Positions 1 to 9,650 are shown, numbered from the stretch's first letter. The stretch is 64,000 nt of DNA from Dehalococcoidia bacterium (GCA_963667465.2 CAXXDN010000002.1:256001-320000), one strand, 5' to 3'. The notes: generated by a model not told the origin, from the letters alone. A program made the numbers and translations.

Positions 1-2
1 GG

Positions 3-473
3 GTGCTGGCGGGCTGGCGCGAGGCTGGCGTGGCGTGGCGGCGCAGCGAGGAATCGCGCCGCCACGAGCTCGAAACGACCATCAGCCAGCTCGCGAACGA
101 CCGCTTCCCGTTCCCGGACGAGGCGCATCCGGACTACCGCACCTACGTCAACGTGCCGGAGCCGCAACTGGCGCTGGAGTTCACCGCGGGCGGCGCCTCG
201 CGCTCGCAGGTCTTCCCGGACATCGTCGTCGTCGAGCACCCGCGCAACCGCCCGATCATGGTCGCGCAGGTGGAGACGAAGGAAACGGTGACACGGCGCC
301 AGGCCGAGCTGGTCTGGGCGCAACTCGAGAACGACGACGCGCCGCTCTACATCTACGTGCCGTCCGGGTTCGCGGCCCGGGCCCGCGACTACGCGATCGC
401 CGCCGGCATCGAGCACGCGAGGATTCGCACGTGGCGACGCCAGCCGGGCAGGATGCTCGTCCGCGAGCTCTAG
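3..473 (+). CDS. Hypothetical protein with PD-(D/E)xK-like motif (probably 5'-partial)
   Basis: Protein-like composition; VFPDIVVVE...AQVETKE resembles a PD-(D/E)xK core; runs from the window edge. Confidence 0.6.
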   Translation: MLAGWREAGVAWRRSEESRRHELETTISQLANDRFPFPDEAHPDYRTYVNVPEPQLALEFTAGGASRSQVFPDIVVVEHPRNRPIMVAQVETKETVTRRQAELVWAQLENDDAPLYIYVPSGFAARARDYAIAAGIEHARIRTWRRQPGRMLVREL

Positions 474-603
474 CGCCTCTTTCGCCGCCCCGCCTTCGTG
501 ATCGTTCCACGCGTTGCACGGGCGTAGCGCATGGCCTTGTGGTGTAACCTGGTTGCGTTAGGCGTGTTCGGGCGCGAGTGCCGATCCGGATCGAGAGTAT
601 TCC

Positions 604-2223
604 TTGAGGTTCACGTACAGCCCGCAGCTCTTCCGCGGCGACTTCTTTGGCGGCATCACCGCCGCGGTGGTGGGGCTTCCCGTCGGCCTGGCGTTCGGGG
701 AGACATCGGGTCTCGGAGCGATCGCCGGCATCTACGGAGCGATCGCCGTGGGGTTCTTCGCCGCGGTGTTCGGTGGCACCCGCTCGCAGATCTCCGGCCC
801 CACCGGCCCGATGGCCGTAGCGATGGCGGTGATCGTCACCAGCCACGCCGAGACCCTCGCCGAGGCGTTCACGGTCGTGATCATGGCCGGACTGATCCAG
901 ATCGCGCTGGGCGTGGCGCGCATCGGCCGCTTCGTCGCCTACACGCCGTACTCCGTCATCTCCGGGTTCATGACCGGCATCGGCGCGATCATCATCCTGC
1001 TGCAGACCCTGCCCTTCCTCGGTTCGCCCGTCGTCGAGGGCGGACCGCTGGACGCAATCCGTGCCTGGCCCGACGCGATCGGCGGCCTCAACGGCAGCGC
1101 GCTCGTGATCGCCGTGGTGACGCTCGCCGTCGGCGTGGGCTGGCCACGCCAGCTCAGAACGTACCTGCCTCCCACCCTCGCGGCGCTGATCGCCGGCACC
1201 GCGGTGAGCCTCCTCTGGCTGGGCGACACGCCGGTCATCGGCGAAGTGCCGATCGGCCTGCCGGAGCTACAGGTTCCGGACCTCGCTCCCAACGTCCTGG
1301 TGCGCTCGGTGGAGCCCGCACTGGTCCTCGCGCTGCTCGGCTCCATCGATAGCCTGCTCACCTCGCTGGTGGCCGATTCGATGACGCGGACGCAGCACAA
1401 CCCGAACCGGGAGCTCGTGGGCCAGGGCATCGGCAACACGGTGGCGGGGCTGATCGGTGCGCTGCCCGGCGCCGGGGCGACGATGGGCACAGTGGTGAAC
1501 ATCCGCGCCGGAGGGCGGACCCAGATCTCCGGAGCGTTGCGCGCCGGCATCCTGCTGGCGCTGGTGCTGGGCCTCGGTACCTACGTCGAATCGATTCCCC
1601 ACGCGGCGCTGGCCGGGATCCTGATGAAGGTCGGCTGGGACATCATCGATTGGCGGTTCGTCACCCGGCTTCACCGCGTTCAGCGGGAACACCTGGTGGT
1701 GATGCTGATCACATTCGGGCTGACGGTGTTCCTGGACCTCGTCACGGCGGTGGCGATCGGCCTGATCGCCGCCGGGATGGCCAGCGCCCGGCGGCTCGAA
1801 CGCCTGCAGCTGGACAGGGTCGTCTCCGTACCGCTGCTGGACCAGAGCTTCTTCGCAGACGAGGAGGAGGACTCGGCGGACGCGTTCAGCGCTCGCGTCG
1901 GCATGGTCGCGCTGCGCGGCACCTTCACCGTCGCCTCCTCGAGCAGCCTGGTCAGCACGATCGGCGTCGACATCCGCGACCATGAGGTCGTGATCCTGGA
2001 CTTCACCGAGACCGAGTACATCGACGACAGCGCCGCCCTGGTGGTTGAGCAGATGATCGACATCGCCCTTGCGGAGGACACCGAGTGCATCGTGATGGGC
2101 CTGAGCGGCTCGCCCGCATCCTCGCTCCAGGCGCTCAACGTGCTGGACCGCGTTCCGGCGGAGCACTTCGTCGCGACGCTGGACGAGGCCCGCGAGACTG
2201 CCGCTCGAATGCTCCGCGCGTAG
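604..2223 (+). CDS. SulP/SLC26 family anion (sulfate/bicarbonate) transporter with STAS domain
   Basis: GDFFGGITAAVVGLP, SGPTGPM, NRELVGQGIGN motifs; C-terminal VILDFTETEYIDDS STAS. Confidence 0.93.
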   Translation: MRFTYSPQLFRGDFFGGITAAVVGLPVGLAFGETSGLGAIAGIYGAIAVGFFAAVFGGTRSQISGPTGPMAVAMAVIVTSHAETLAEAFTVVIMAGLIQIALGVARIGRFVAYTPYSVISGFMTGIGAIIILLQTLPFLGSPVVEGGPLDAIRAWPDAIGGLNGSALVIAVVTLAVGVGWPRQLRTYLPPTLAALIAGTAVSLLWLGDTPVIGEVPIGLPELQVPDLAPNVLVRSVEPALVLALLGSIDSLLTSLVADSMTRTQHNPNRELVGQGIGNTVAGLIGALPGAGATMGTVVNIRAGGRTQISGALRAGILLALVLGLGTYVESIPHAALAGILMKVGWDIIDWRFVTRLHRVQREHLVVMLITFGLTVFLDLVTAVAIGLIAAGMASARRLERLQLDRVVSVPLLDQSFFADEEEDSADAFSARVGMVALRGTFTVASSSSLVSTIGVDIRDHEVVILDFTETEYIDDSAALVVEQMIDIALAEDTECIVMGLSGSPASSLQALNVLDRVPAEHFVATLDEARETAARMLRA

Positions 2224-2257
2224 CAGCAGCGAACAGCCGCCTGCCGAGTCCGCTTCC

Positions 2258-2800
2258 TCAGCTCCGGGTCGAGTGCGTCATGCGCCCCGGCACCCCGAGG
2301 TCCGGCGCACCCGCCAGCGAAGCGATCGCGCTCAGTTCGCCGGCGTGCGCGAAGAGGTGCGCGATGCTCCTCGAGAGCAGGTCGCTCACGCGCTGTTCGC
2401 GCCGCAGATTGGGCGAACGGCTCACCAGCTCGTCGAGGCGTGAGGCATCGAGGCGGCGCAGCCAGGGGATCGCGCGCGAGCGGACGCGCCGGAACGCCTC
2501 GAGCGCGGCGGCCAGGTCCGGTGTCGAGGGCGCATCCCCGAAGTCGACGCGTTGGTCTTCGAGCCAGGAATCACGCTCGAGGTCTTGCAGTGCGGCGTTC
2601 CAGTAGTGGTCCTGCTGCTTCGCGACGTGGGAGACGATCCAGCCGCCGGAGTTCAGCCGATCGGCGCCGGCCTCGGGCGCGCCGCCGGGATCGAGGTCCG
2701 CGAGCGCCTCGGCGACCCGCTCGAACTCATCGAGCGCGTCGAAGAGCAGGCGCACGAGCGCGGGCGGCGAGGCCGGCGTGGGCTGGTGGGGCTGCGTCAC
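2258..2800 (-). CDS. DinB/DUF664 family protein
   Basis: NSGGWIVSHVA and HLFAHAGE His motifs; TAGACT -10 six nt upstream of GTG (leaderless). Confidence 0.75.
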   Translation of the reverse strand: MTQPHQPTPASPPALVRLLFDALDEFERVAEALADLDPGGAPEAGADRLNSGGWIVSHVAKQQDHYWNAALQDLERDSWLEDQRVDFGDAPSTPDLAAALEAFRRVRSRAIPWLRRLDASRLDELVSRSPNLRREQRVSDLLSRSIAHLFAHAGELSAIASLAGAPDLGVPGRMTHSTRS

Positions 2801-2809
2801 GCGCGCAGT

Positions 2810-2980
2810 CTAGCGCGGCGGCAGTCGGCGCAGCGCGATCGAGGTCGTCACCCGCGCGTGCCGCGCGAGCCGGGGCTCCACGGCAGGGCGCACCGTAGCC
2901 AGCTCCGCGCGCAGCCACTGCTCCAGCAGCAGCACAGCGGCGGCCCCGAGCAGCACCCCAAGCACCGTTGCGAACAGCAT
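2810..2980 (-). CDS. 56-aa single-pass membrane peptide (not in ORF track)
   Basis: Own translation MLFATVLGVLLGAAAVLLLEQWLRAELATVRPAVEPRLARHARVTTSIALRRLPPR; strong SD GGAGGTGA; upstream promoter. Confidence 0.7.
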   Translation of the reverse strand: MLFATVLGVLLGAAAVLLLEQWLRAELATVRPAVEPRLARHARVTTSIALRRLPPR

Positions 2981-2999
2981 TCCTCACCTCCCGCACGCA

Positions 3000-3066
3000 G
3001 AACGCATGTCCGCCACTCGGGGGACATGGTGGAACAGCTGTACGCCCGTGTCAAGCACAGGCGTTC
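3000..3066 (-). promoter_or_regulatory. Sigma70 promoter (TTGACA-N17-CACCAT) with three LexA-like boxes
   Basis: -35 at 3049-3054, -10 at 3026-3031; GAAC-N4-GTTC-like sites with one mismatch each at 3000-3011, 3032-3043, 3055-3066. Confidence 0.65.
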
Positions 3067-3095
3067 GGTTTGCCGTTCGGGCGCGGGGGAGCGGC

Positions 3096-4424
3096 TCAGG
3101 GACCGGGCTGCGGCTCGTCCTCGATCAGGGCTACGCCGCCGAGGTAGGGGCGCAGCACCGCGGGCACCTCGATGCCGTCGGGACGCTCGTACTGCTCGAG
3201 CAGTGCGGCGAGCGTGCGGGGGAGCGCGAGGCCGGAGCCGTTGAGCGTGTGCATGTGGCGCACGCGGCCCTCGGCGTCGCGGTAGCGCAGGCTGGCGCGC
3301 CGCGCCTGGTAGTCCAGGAAGTTGGAGCAGGAGGAGACTTCCAGCCACTCCTCCGCGCCGGGCGCCCAGACCTCGATGTCGTACGTCAGCGCCGAGGCCG
3401 CGCCCACGTCCCCGGCGGCGAGCCGCACGACGCGGTAGCGGAAGCCGAGCTGCCGCACGACCTCGAGCGCCTCGTCGAGCAGCGTCTCCAGCTCGTCCCA
3501 GGAGCGCTCGGGCTCGCAAAACTTCACGAGCTCGACCTTGTCGAACTGGTGGCCGCGCTTGATGCCTCGCACGTCACGCCCGGCGCTCATGCGCTCGCGG
3601 CGGAAGCAGGGCGTGTAGGCGACGTGATGGATGGGCAGCGCGTCCAGCGGCAAGATCTCGTCGCGATAGAGGTTGGTGACGGGCACCTCGGCGGTGGGGA
3701 TCAGCCAGACATCGTCCTCGTGGTCGCGGTAGAGGTTGTCGCCGAACTTCGGAAGCTGGCCGGAGCCGACCAGCATCTCCTCGCGGACCACGAACGGCAC
3801 GTAGACCTCGCCGTAGCCGCGCTCGCGGTGCAGGTCCAGCATCCAGCTGATGAGCGCGCGCTGTAGTCGCGCCGCCGCGCCGCGCAGCACGTAGAAGCGC
3901 GAGCCCGAGATCTTCGTCCCGCGCTCGAAGTCGATCAGCCCGCGCGCCTCGCCGATCTCCCAGTGCGGCCGCCGGCCCTCCTCGCTCGCGGGCGCCGGCG
4001 CAGTGGAGGCGGGAACCGGCTGAGCGGTATGCACGGGCTCGCCGGCGCCGTCGCCCCCGAACAGCACGAGCCCGGCGTCCTCGCCGCCCTCGGGCACCGA
4101 GGCGTGCAGCAGGTTCGGCAGCTCCAGCAGCAGGCGCTGCAGCTCCTCGTCGCGCTCGCGCACGGCGGCGTCGAGCTCGTCGAGGCGCGAGGCGACCTGG
4201 CGCTGGGCGTCGATCAGCCGCTGCCGCTCGTCCGGGTCGCGGGTCGCGCCGATCTCGCGTCCGGCCTGGTTGCGCTCGGCGCGCATCCCCTCGACCTCGG
4301 TGAGCAGCGCACGGTGCGCGCGATCGGCCTCGAGAATCTCGTCGATCGGCGCCTCGACGCCGCGCAGCGCGCAGGCGCGGCGCACCTCGTCGGTCTGCTC
4401 GCGGATCAGGGGCAGCGGCAGCAT
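3096..4424 (-). CDS. serS: Seryl-tRNA synthetase
   Basis: N-terminal coiled coil, LIPTAEVP, FRRE, HQFDKVE, EVSSCSN, HTLNGSGLA; start trimmed to MLPLPLIRE. Confidence 0.97.
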   Translation of the reverse strand: MLPLPLIREQTDEVRRACALRGVEAPIDEILEADRAHRALLTEVEGMRAERNQAGREIGATRDPDERQRLIDAQRQVASRLDELDAAVRERDEELQRLLLELPNLLHASVPEGGEDAGLVLFGGDGAGEPVHTAQPVPASTAPAPASEEGRRPHWEIGEARGLIDFERGTKISGSRFYVLRGAAARLQRALISWMLDLHRERGYGEVYVPFVVREEMLVGSGQLPKFGDNLYRDHEDDVWLIPTAEVPVTNLYRDEILPLDALPIHHVAYTPCFRRERMSAGRDVRGIKRGHQFDKVELVKFCEPERSWDELETLLDEALEVVRQLGFRYRVVRLAAGDVGAASALTYDIEVWAPGAEEWLEVSSCSNFLDYQARRASLRYRDAEGRVRHMHTLNGSGLALPRTLAALLEQYERPDGIEVPAVLRPYLGGVALIEDEPQPGP

Positions 4425-4428
4425 GCGA

Positions 4429-4962
4429 TCAGCTCCGCGGGTCCGCTGCGGGCGAACCGCTTGCGAGGGCGTCCGCCGCGGCGTCGATCGCGTCGAGGGC
4501 GAGCTGGCGCACGTCCTCCGGCACCGGCGCCGACGCGCCCGGCCCGCCGAGCACCACGCCCGGCTCGCGCAGCTCTTCACGGCTGACCCAGCGCCAGCCC
4601 TCGCCGCTGTCGGGGCGGCCAGGCAGATCCGGTGCGCCGGAATCGCCGGCCAGGCGAGGGCGCGTGAAGTAGACGAAGTCGATGTGCTCGTGCAGGTTGC
4701 CCGGCTCCTCGATCTCGTAGACGCCGATCGTCACCGGTGGCGGCAGCTGCCTCGGATCCAGGTGAAGGTAGGGGGTGCTGGTGGGGACGATGAGCGCCTC
4801 GACGCCGGTTTCCTCCTCGATCTCGCGCAGCACCGCCTGGATCGGGTCTTCGTCGGTCTCGATGTGCCCGCCGGGCGGCAGCCACAGCCCGAGCCGGTGC
4901 CAGTGGAGCGCGGTTCGCCCGTCGTGCGAGAGGAAGCCGGAAACCGTGAAGTGGCGCTCCAC
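4429..4962 (-). CDS. NUDIX hydrolase
   Basis: Nudix box GGHIETDEDPIQAVLREIEEETG; GTG start seven nt after TAGGCT. Confidence 0.88.
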   Translation of the reverse strand: MERHFTVSGFLSHDGRTALHWHRLGLWLPPGGHIETDEDPIQAVLREIEEETGVEALIVPTSTPYLHLDPRQLPPPVTIGVYEIEEPGNLHEHIDFVYFTRPRLAGDSGAPDLPGRPDSGEGWRWVSREELREPGVVLGGPGASAPVPEDVRQLALDAIDAAADALASGSPAADPRS

Positions 4963-5037
4963 GACTGCGAGCCTACGCGCCGCCCGTGCCGAGGGCAACG
5001 CAGCGCCGTGACGGGCGACAGCGCGAGCGGGTGAATA

Positions 5038-5135
5038 TTGCCGCTCCCGAGGGGTCCGCGATAACATGTACTTAACGATAGATACGACGTGTCACTGGTT
5101 TGCGGGCTTGCCTTGGGCGAGTCCGCATTCGTCTC
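5038..5135 (+). promoter_or_regulatory. Putative promoter and structured leader of the greA-like/lysS operon
   Basis: TTGCCG-N18-TAACAT in an AT-rich patch; 12-bp hairpin at 5101-5127 followed by TTCGTCTCT. Confidence 0.45.
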
Positions 5136-5199
5136 TCACAGGGGTACGGGTGGACCAGCGGCTCCGCGGCCGGTGGATTCGCATCCTCGGAGGTGGGAC

Positions 5200-5673
5200 A
5201 TGAGCGAGGATCGGGTGCTGCTCACGCGCGCAGGCCTCAAGCGGCTCGAGGACGAGCTGCACGAGCTTCGTACCAGCCGCCGCGTCGAGGTCGCCGAGGC
5301 GATCCACGAGGCACAGGAGCTCGGTATTGCCCAGATCGATGGGCAGTACGAGGACGCCAAGAACCAGCAAGCGTTCCTCGAAGGCCGCATCCGCGAGATC
5401 GAGCTGCTGCTCGAGGGCGCCGAGGTGATCGACGAGGATGCCGCGCACCACTCGATGGACGTGCGCATCGGCTCGAACGTCACCGTGGAGCTCAAGGGCG
5501 GCGCGCAACAGACCTTCCAGCTTGTCGGGCCCGCCGAGGCGAACCCCGGCGAGGGCCGCATCAGTCACGAGTCGCCCGTCGGGCAGGCGTTGCTCGGCAG
5601 GAAGCAGAATGACAGAGTGAAGGTCAGCGCCCCCGGCGGGAACACGACGATGACCATCGTCGAGGTGTCCTGA
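5200..5673 (+). CDS. greA: GreA/GreB-family factor with non-canonical coiled-coil tip
   Basis: LTRAGLKRLEDEL, AFLEGRIREIE, GRISHESPVGQALLG; SD GGAGG; tip reads GIAQIDGQY. Confidence 0.85.
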   Translation: MSEDRVLLTRAGLKRLEDELHELRTSRRVEVAEAIHEAQELGIAQIDGQYEDAKNQQAFLEGRIREIELLLEGAEVIDEDAAHHSMDVRIGSNVTVELKGGAQQTFQLVGPAEANPGEGRISHESPVGQALLGRKQNDRVKVSAPGGNTTMTIVEVS

Positions 5674-5738
5674 CCGGCGCGCGGGCGTTGTCGCGACGGC
5701 AGAAGGCCTGCCGCCGCCGCTGCGCGGGCAGGTGACCG

Positions 5739-7217
5739 ATGCCGTCTGAACAGGAACTGATCGAGCTGCGCCGGCAGAAGCGCGAGCAACTGCTCGCGCT
5801 CGGCGACGCCTACCCCGCGCGCACATCCCGCACCCATGAGGCAGCGAAGGCCGTCGCGCTCTTCGAACGCAGCGAGCGCGAGGGCCTCGAGGAGAGCCGC
5901 CGCGCGGTCACCGTCGCCGGTCGCATCACCGCGATCCGCGACATGGGCCGCGCCGCCTTCGTCGACCTGCGTGACGGCTCCGGCGGCATCCAGCTGCACC
6001 TGCGGCGCAACGTCCTCGGCGATCAGTTCGGACTGCTGGCGCTGGTCGACCTTGGCGACTTCGTCGAGGCGAGCGGGCGGCTGTTCCGCACGCGCCACGG
6101 CGAGGTCACGGTCGCGGCGACGCGCTGGCGGGTGCTCACGAAGGCGCTGCGGCCGCCACCCGAGAAGTGGGCCGGCCTCGTCGACGTGGAGACGCGCTAC
6201 CGCCAGCGCCACCTCGATCTGATGGCGAACGAGCGCTCGCGCGAGATCGCGCGTGCGCGCTCGGAGGTGCTCGCCGCGGTGCGCCGCTTCTTCCAGCGGC
6301 GCGGCTTCATGGAGGTGGAGACGCCGGTACTGCAGGAGGAGGCGGGCGGCGCGGCGGCGCGGCCCTTCTACACGCATCATGGAGCCCTCGATCGCGACCT
6401 CGCGCTGCGCATCTCGCTCGAGTTGCACCTGAAGCGGCTGGTGATCGGCGGCTTCGACAAGGTCTTCGAGATCGGCCGCGTCTTCCGCAACGAGGGCATC
6501 TCCCACCGCCACAACCCCGAGTTCACGCTGCTCGAGTCCTACGAGGCCTACGCTGACTACGAGGACGTGGCGAACATGGTGGAGGCGCTGTTCCGCTCCG
6601 TGGTGAGCGAGGTCACCGGCGGCCTCGAGGTGCGGCACGGCGAGGCGACGATCGATCTCGGCGAGCCGTGGCGGCGCACGACCTACCGCGAGGCGCTGCT
6701 CGAGCACACCGGCATCGACTATCGCGCGCACCCGGAGGCTGAGCAGATCCGCAGGCTCGCGCTCGACCGCGGGGTCGATGTGGACCCGGACGCCTCGTGG
6801 GGGACGGCGCTCGACGCGCTGATGGCCGCGTTCGTGGAGCCGCACCTGGTGCACCCGACGTTCGTCTTCGACTACCCGGCAGAGCTCTCGCCACTCGCCA
6901 AGCGCAAGCGCGACGATCCCACCGTGGCCGAGCGCTTCGAGCTGTTCGCGCTCGGCATCGAGCGCGCCAACGCCTACTCCGAGCAGAACGACCCGGTGGA
7001 GCAGCGCGAGCTGCTGCGCGAGCAGGCGCGCAAGGCCGCCGGCGGCGACGACGAGGCGGAAGTCGCCGACGAGGACTTCGTGCGCGCGCTGGAGCAGGGC
7101 ATGCCGCCTGCCGGGGGCCTCGGCGTCGGCATCGAGCGGCTGGTCATGCTCGTCACGGGCGAGCACTCGATCCGCGAGGTCGTGCTCTTCCCCGCGCTGC
7201 GCGAGTCGGGCGGCTAG
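5739..7217 (+). CDS. lysS: Lysyl-tRNA synthetase class II
   Basis: RYRQRHLDL, GGAAARPF, FRNEG, HNPEFT, GMPPAGGLGVGIERL. Confidence 0.97.
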   Translation: MPSEQELIELRRQKREQLLALGDAYPARTSRTHEAAKAVALFERSEREGLEESRRAVTVAGRITAIRDMGRAAFVDLRDGSGGIQLHLRRNVLGDQFGLLALVDLGDFVEASGRLFRTRHGEVTVAATRWRVLTKALRPPPEKWAGLVDVETRYRQRHLDLMANERSREIARARSEVLAAVRRFFQRRGFMEVETPVLQEEAGGAAARPFYTHHGALDRDLALRISLELHLKRLVIGGFDKVFEIGRVFRNEGISHRHNPEFTLLESYEAYADYEDVANMVEALFRSVVSEVTGGLEVRHGEATIDLGEPWRRTTYREALLEHTGIDYRAHPEAEQIRRLALDRGVDVDPDASWGTALDALMAAFVEPHLVHPTFVFDYPAELSPLAKRKRDDPTVAERFELFALGIERANAYSEQNDPVEQRELLREQARKAAGGDDEAEVADEDFVRALEQGMPPAGGLGVGIERLVMLVTGEHSIREVVLFPALRESGG

Positions 7218-7223
7218 CGGCGC

Positions 7224-7706
7224 GTGGGACGCATCCGCGAGGACGTGCACATCCACGCCAGCGCGAGCGAGACGTTCGAACGCCTCGAGGCAACCGCGCG
7301 CTACGCCGAGTGGCTGCCGCGCGCCTTCCACGATGTCGCGGCTCCACCCGGCTCCCCCGCGCGCCTCGAAGGTGTGCTCACGCTGCCGCTGCGATCGGAG
7401 CGCGTCCGCCTCGAAGCCGCCGAACGCGAGCCGGAGCGCTTGCTGCTCTTCCGCTCGGCCGCTGGCGATCGGGGCGCCTTCGACACGCTGAGCTGGGTAC
7501 TCACCGCCGAGGGCGCGGACGACGTGCACCTGCTCGTCGAGGCGATCTACACGCCGGCGGGCGGGTTCGCCGGCTGGCTGTTCGATCTGCTCGTCCAGCG
7601 CCAGCACCGGCGCCAGGCGCTGCGCGACGCCGTGTGGCGGCTCAAGCAGCTGCTCGAGGGCGCCGGGCCTGCCTCGCAGCCCGGCGACGGCGACACACCT
7701 TCGTGA
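7224..7706 (+). CDS. SRPBCC/START-fold family protein
   Basis: Typical N-terminal IREDVHIHAS..ETFE..YAEWLP and C-terminal LKQLLE helix. Confidence 0.65.
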   Translation: MGRIREDVHIHASASETFERLEATARYAEWLPRAFHDVAAPPGSPARLEGVLTLPLRSERVRLEAAEREPERLLLFRSAAGDRGAFDTLSWVLTAEGADDVHLLVEAIYTPAGGFAGWLFDLLVQRQHRRQALRDAVWRLKQLLEGAGPASQPGDGDTPS

Positions 7707-8377
7707 GCGCGAACCCGGCGCGAGCGCTCGTCTTCGACCTCGACGGCGTCCTCGTCGACTCCGAGCCCGTGCATCTCCGCGCGGCGAAGCGGCTTGTCGC
7801 CCCGCAGCCGCTGAGCGAGGAGGACTACGCCCGCTTCACCGGCCTCGCGATCGAGCCGTTCATGCGGTGGGTGCGCGAGCACTACGGCCTCGAGGACTCC
7901 GTCGAAGCGCTGATCCGGCGCTACGCCGCGCTCGTCACCGCCGAGCTGCGCAGCGGCGAGATCGAGCCGCTCGACGGCGCGCGCGAGCTGATCGCCGCCG
8001 CGCGCGAGGCCGGTTGGGCCGTCGGTCTCGCCTCGCAATCGATCGCCGAATGGGTGCACGCCACGCTCGAGGGCTGCGGCCTGGCGGGCGCGTTCGACGT
8101 GGCGATCAGCGGAGACGACACCGAGCGTGCGAAGCCGGAGCCCGACATCTTTCTGCTTGCGGCGGAGCGCCTTGGCGTCCCTCCTCCCGCCTGCGTGGCC
8201 ATCGAGGACTCACCCGCGGGCGTCCTGTCGGCCTCGTCGGCGGGCATGTTCGTCGTCCAGTCTCGGCAGGCCTCGACGGCCGCGCCGCCGCAGCGGGACG
8301 CGCGGCTCGTCGTCACTTCGCTGCGCGAGCTGGACCTCGCCGCGCTTGGTGCGCGGCTGCCGCTGGCGGGGCTGTAG
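7703..8377 (+). CDS. HAD family phosphatase (beta-PGM-like)
   Basis: FDLDGVLVDSE, KPEPDIF, IEDSPAGV; GTG overlaps upstream TGA. Confidence 0.9.
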   Translation: MSANPARALVFDLDGVLVDSEPVHLRAAKRLVAPQPLSEEDYARFTGLAIEPFMRWVREHYGLEDSVEALIRRYAALVTAELRSGEIEPLDGARELIAAAREAGWAVGLASQSIAEWVHATLEGCGLAGAFDVAISGDDTERAKPEPDIFLLAAERLGVPPPACVAIEDSPAGVLSASSAGMFVVQSRQASTAAPPQRDARLVVTSLRELDLAALGARLPLAGL

Positions 8378-8507
8378 CGCTCCGCCCCGGCTCGATCCGC
8401 CTATCGATCATGGGCTTACACAATCCAGCATGTCGGTGGTACCATGACCGGGTGCGGGGCGCCGAGGTCAGGCCTCGGCAGGGGTCAAGACGATCACGCC
8501 GGCGCAC

Positions 8508-9647
8508 GTGGAACAACACCGATCACTCTCGCTCCTCTTCCTCGCCCTCGCGGCGGGGTTGGCCGGCGGCCTCGCGGGCGGCCTGGTCGTCGTCGTTGCG
8601 CCCGGCGGGCGCGAGGCGACCGAGCAGGTGGCGGCGCCCACGCCCGTCGCCACCGCCGCGACCCCCGAGGCGGCCGCCGTAGCGATCGGCAGCGCCGAAC
8701 AACTCCAGCAAGCGATCGAGCGTGTCCTGCCTGCCATCGTTACGGTGATTGCCGACGGGGTGCCGCGACGCAACGAGCAGGGCGCCGTCACCCAGACCCG
8801 CAACGTCGGCTCCGGCATCGTGATCGACGATAGCGGCCACATCGTCACCAACTTCCACGTCATCGACGGTGCAGCCGAGATCAACGTGCTGCTCGCCACC
8901 GGCGAGCGGCGATCCGCCCGCGTCCGCTCGCACGACTCGCCGTACAGCGACCTCGCCGTGCTTCAGATCCCGCCCGAGGGCCTGCGCAGCGCCGCCTGGG
9001 GCGACTCCTCGCGGCTCGTCCCGGGTGAACCCGTGGCGGCGCTCTCCGCCGCCGGTTTCGCGATCGGGAACTCCGTCAGCGTTGGCGTCGTTTCAGCGAC
9101 GGAGCGCGAATGGCCGCGCAACGCCGTGATCCTCGATGACCTCGTGCAGACTGATGCAGCCGTGAACTCGGGCGACTCCGGTGGTGCGCTGATCAATGCC
9201 AGGGGCGAGGTGGTCGGGTTGCTCACCACGGTGGTGCGCGCCACCAGCACGGGGAGCCCGATCCAGGGCATCTCGTTCGCGCAGTCCTCGAATAGCCTGC
9301 GCCCGATCGTGAACGACATCGTGCTGTTCGGTTCGTACGTGCGGCCGCGGCTCGGCATCGAGCGGCCGTTCCGCCACCACGTCGAGCTGACGCCGGAGCT
9401 CTCCGCTTCCCAGGGCATCCCGCTGTCATTCGGCGCGATCGTCATCGAGGTCGAGGCGCGGAGCGCGGCGGAGCAGGCCGGTGTACGCGTTGGGGACATC
9501 GTGACCGCCGTCAACGGCCTGCCGATCGACCTCGAGAACCCCTTCGTGAATCTGCTGAAGCCACTGCGGCCCGGTGAGGTAGCCGATCTCACCGTGGTGC
9601 GCGGCGGCCAGCAGCTTTCGATCGCCGTGCTGCCCAGACTGGAGTGA
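8508..9647 (+). CDS. HtrA/DegP-like serine protease with PDZ domain
   Basis: TM anchor; TNFHVI, DLAVL, QTDAAVNSGDSGG triad; C-terminal PDZ. Confidence 0.92.
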   Translation: MEQHRSLSLLFLALAAGLAGGLAGGLVVVVAPGGREATEQVAAPTPVATAATPEAAAVAIGSAEQLQQAIERVLPAIVTVIADGVPRRNEQGAVTQTRNVGSGIVIDDSGHIVTNFHVIDGAAEINVLLATGERRSARVRSHDSPYSDLAVLQIPPEGLRSAAWGDSSRLVPGEPVAALSAAGFAIGNSVSVGVVSATEREWPRNAVILDDLVQTDAAVNSGDSGGALINARGEVVGLLTTVVRATSTGSPIQGISFAQSSNSLRPIVNDIVLFGSYVRPRLGIERPFRHHVELTPELSASQGIPLSFGAIVIEVEARSAAEQAGVRVGDIVTAVNGLPIDLENPFVNLLKPLRPGEVADLTVVRGGQQLSIAVLPRLE

Positions 9648-9650
9648 TCC

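Noticed and set aside
2848-3030. Cys-rich peptide (CCSQRCLGCC...) as a metallothionein or RiPP
   Set aside because: Alternative-frame readout of the Leu/Ala codons of the 56-aa membrane peptide, which has the SD
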